DNA of 64,000 bases from Patescibacteria group bacterium (GTDB lineage Bacteria > Patescibacteriota > Minisyncoccia > UBA6257 > GWB1-50-10), in the NCBI GenBank assembly GCA_023474215.1, contig JAMCYI010000001.1:2836-66835 (forward strand), written 5' to 3'. The notes beneath the pieces were generated by a model that did no database searches, had not been told where the DNA came from, and saw nothing but the letters and a program-made list of their open reading frames with translations. This document shows, in pieces, positions 61,769 through 64,000 of the stretch. The position numbers and the translations under genes are program-made. The stretch's first letter is position 1. The number at the start of each line of letters is the position of its first letter.

Positions 61769-62248
61769 TTACCGGTAAACCACTTCGATCGTCGAGTTCG
61801 GCAGGAGCGGCGTGTTTACAATATCGGCCTCTGATTCGCCATTCAAATAAACCGAAAGGGTATGGCCGTTACCCGCTTCATATGAATCAAATTGGGTCGC
61901 AGTGAATGTCTTGCGCCAGGCCTGAAAAAAATTCTGAAGCGTATAGGTTACATGATCATTCGTTTGGACGTATACGAGGCCGCTCGCATCTTCCGTATGG
62001 ACAACCCGCAGACAATTCCCCGGATCATGGCCGATATCGCCTGCAAGCGGATAATTCGATCCATTGATGCTGATCGAAATATGGAACGTGTAGTTTTGCG
62101 TAACGGATTCCGTCGGATTGAAGCAGGGCACCGTCGGGAGCCCCAAAAAACTCGACTGGGTCTCGGCATTCCTGAAAAACACGATAGCGAGAATAAAGAC
62201 GCCGGCGAGGGGCAAAACGATGAGCCAATGATGTTTTTGCACGTTCAT
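61769..62248 (-). CDS. secreted/membrane-anchored hypothetical protein
   Basis: N-terminal TM HHWLIVLPLAGVFILAIVFF. Confidence 0.5.
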   Translation of the reverse strand: MNVQKHHWLIVLPLAGVFILAIVFFRNAETQSSFLGLPTVPCFNPTESVTQNYTFHISISINGSNYPLAGDIGHDPGNCLRVVHTEDASGLVYVQTNDHVTYTLQNFFQAWRKTFTATQFDSYEAGNGHTLSVYLNGESEADIVNTPLLPNSTIEVVYR

Positions 62249-62252
62249 ATTT

Positions 62253-63326
62253 CTAATTTGCGGAAGCGGGAAGTTGCTTGCGTTTTAAAAGCCGCCTGAT
62301 CCGCGGAACGATCCTTGCGTCGAGCGTCCACCGGTCGCCCGAATTGATCAAGAGTGAAAAAGAAATTCCATAAAGCATGAGATGCGGCCACAAAAGCTCG
62401 CGGAAATAGAGGATGGAAAGCGTGATGAAGATGAGCGATATGATGACGGTCCATCGCATCGCAAAACCGAGAATGATGAAGAGACCGATCAGCATTTCCG
62501 CAACCCCCGCTCCGGCTGCAATATAGGCCGCCGTCGCATGGAAAAAGTTCACCAAGTGGTATTCGTTGTATACATCGACGGTGAGCTGTTGATGAAGGAA
62601 TTTGATCGTATAACCCGCGTAGAGGAGCGCCACCCCGTAGAGGATCCGCACGATCGGCGTCTCGAGCCATTTGAAACGTTCAAGTTTTTTCACCCAAAGG
62701 TCTTTTCCGAGGATCCAGCGGTCAAAGGAGAGGTACCGCGATCCGAAAAGCAAGAGGACAATGATCTCGCCGAAATAGTTGGCATACGTCGCCATATACA
62801 CCCCGAACGTGAACGTAACATAAACGAACATGGCGAGCGCGATCAAAGCCGCGAGCTCGATCAAGACGCCGAAGAGCACCATGAAGCCGACGAGGAAGAG
62901 GAGAAAACGGATGACGATGCCGTAAGGCACAAGCGAGAGCGAAAGTTCGGGCCCGAGGATCGCATTGCTCATGGCGGCGTAAATGAAAGAAGCGCTGATC
63001 GCCGTACGGATGATAAGAGGACCGGCCACCTTCGCTTTCCGCACGATCCGGTCGAGGATCTCGGCCGGCTTCGACGCCGACCACAAGAAAACGAGGATAT
63101 AAGAAACAAGGACCGCGAGCGCCGTCCAAAGGAACGTTTCGAGATGGGCGGGATCAACAAGGGGAGCAAAGGGGTTCTTCGCAAAAACATTGAGCCCCGC
63201 GTCGAACTGCCGCGCGGTCAAGACATATGCTTCGTGGGCCGAGGCGCCGGGTGCCATAAATAAAAAGAGCACCGTCATAAGCGCTGCCCCTCCCACCGCC
63301 AGAATCAATCGTCGTTTGATTCTCAT
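62253..63326 (-). CDS. polytopic membrane protein (HTTM/DoxX-like guess)
   Basis: at least 8 hydrophobic helices. Confidence 0.5.
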   Translation of the reverse strand: MRIKRRLILAVGGAALMTVLFLFMAPGASAHEAYVLTARQFDAGLNVFAKNPFAPLVDPAHLETFLWTALAVLVSYILVFLWSASKPAEILDRIVRKAKVAGPLIIRTAISASFIYAAMSNAILGPELSLSLVPYGIVIRFLLFLVGFMVLFGVLIELAALIALAMFVYVTFTFGVYMATYANYFGEIIVLLLFGSRYLSFDRWILGKDLWVKKLERFKWLETPIVRILYGVALLYAGYTIKFLHQQLTVDVYNEYHLVNFFHATAAYIAAGAGVAEMLIGLFIILGFAMRWTVIISLIFITLSILYFRELLWPHLMLYGISFSLLINSGDRWTLDARIVPRIRRLLKRKQLPASAN

Positions 63327-63364
63327 CTGTTTTTATTATACCATAAGGCGTCACGGACACCCAT

Positions 63365-64000
<636 letters not shown>

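Overview
This 64-kb window is GC-rich (about 55-60% GC in genes) and has the gene content and organisation of a small-genome, CPR/Patescibacteria-like bacterium. It carries mostly housekeeping genes:
- DNA topology, translation and secretion: gyrB, rplJ-rplL, secA, lepA, hpf, typA (partial).
- DNA repair: uvrA, uvrB, a short uvrC, rmuC.
- Cell wall and division: mraZ-rsmH-ftsL-ftsI-murF, mltG, rsmI.
- Metal homeostasis and stress: sodA, and a zur-controlled znuACB operon that also includes a ferritin-like gene.
- A sugar-transferase / GT4 glycosyltransferase cluster.
- tRNA-Val, tRNA-Glu and tRNA-Gly.

The first ~13 kb is accessory-looking.
- A tightly coupled four-gene module sits at 51..3230. 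It centres on a soluble TrwB/TraD (type IV coupling protein)-like P-loop ATPase, followed by a coiled-coil protein with an HExxH zincin motif.
- A second paralogous ATPase lies at 6804..8072.
- Around and after it are two low-GC islands: a membrane-anchored PDZ protein; then tandem paralogous secreted proteins bracketed by an exact 35-bp direct repeat, followed by a convergent gene pair, one member of which has a HEPN-like R-N-x3-H motif.
- The intergenic regions here are unusually structured and may hold sRNAs.

Two further features recur across the window.
- Several families of ~70-140 bp palindrome-flanked elements sit immediately after stop codons (43043, 49488, 54031, 56119, 60029, 51296). 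One family has an identical 44-bp core enclosed by different but self-complementary arms on either side of uvrB.
- AT-rich 7-bp tandem repeats (AAATTYC-like) occur at four loci. Three are in-frame insertions in conserved genes (two in lepA, one in uvrC); the first lepA insertion also carries a 24-bp perfect palindrome.

Other points are a secA leader with a near-consensus promoter, an intrinsic terminator and a possible antiterminator pairing; MraZ boxes; a Zur-box palindrome; and an rplJ leader attenuator. All calls are from reading the sequence; none is database-verified.
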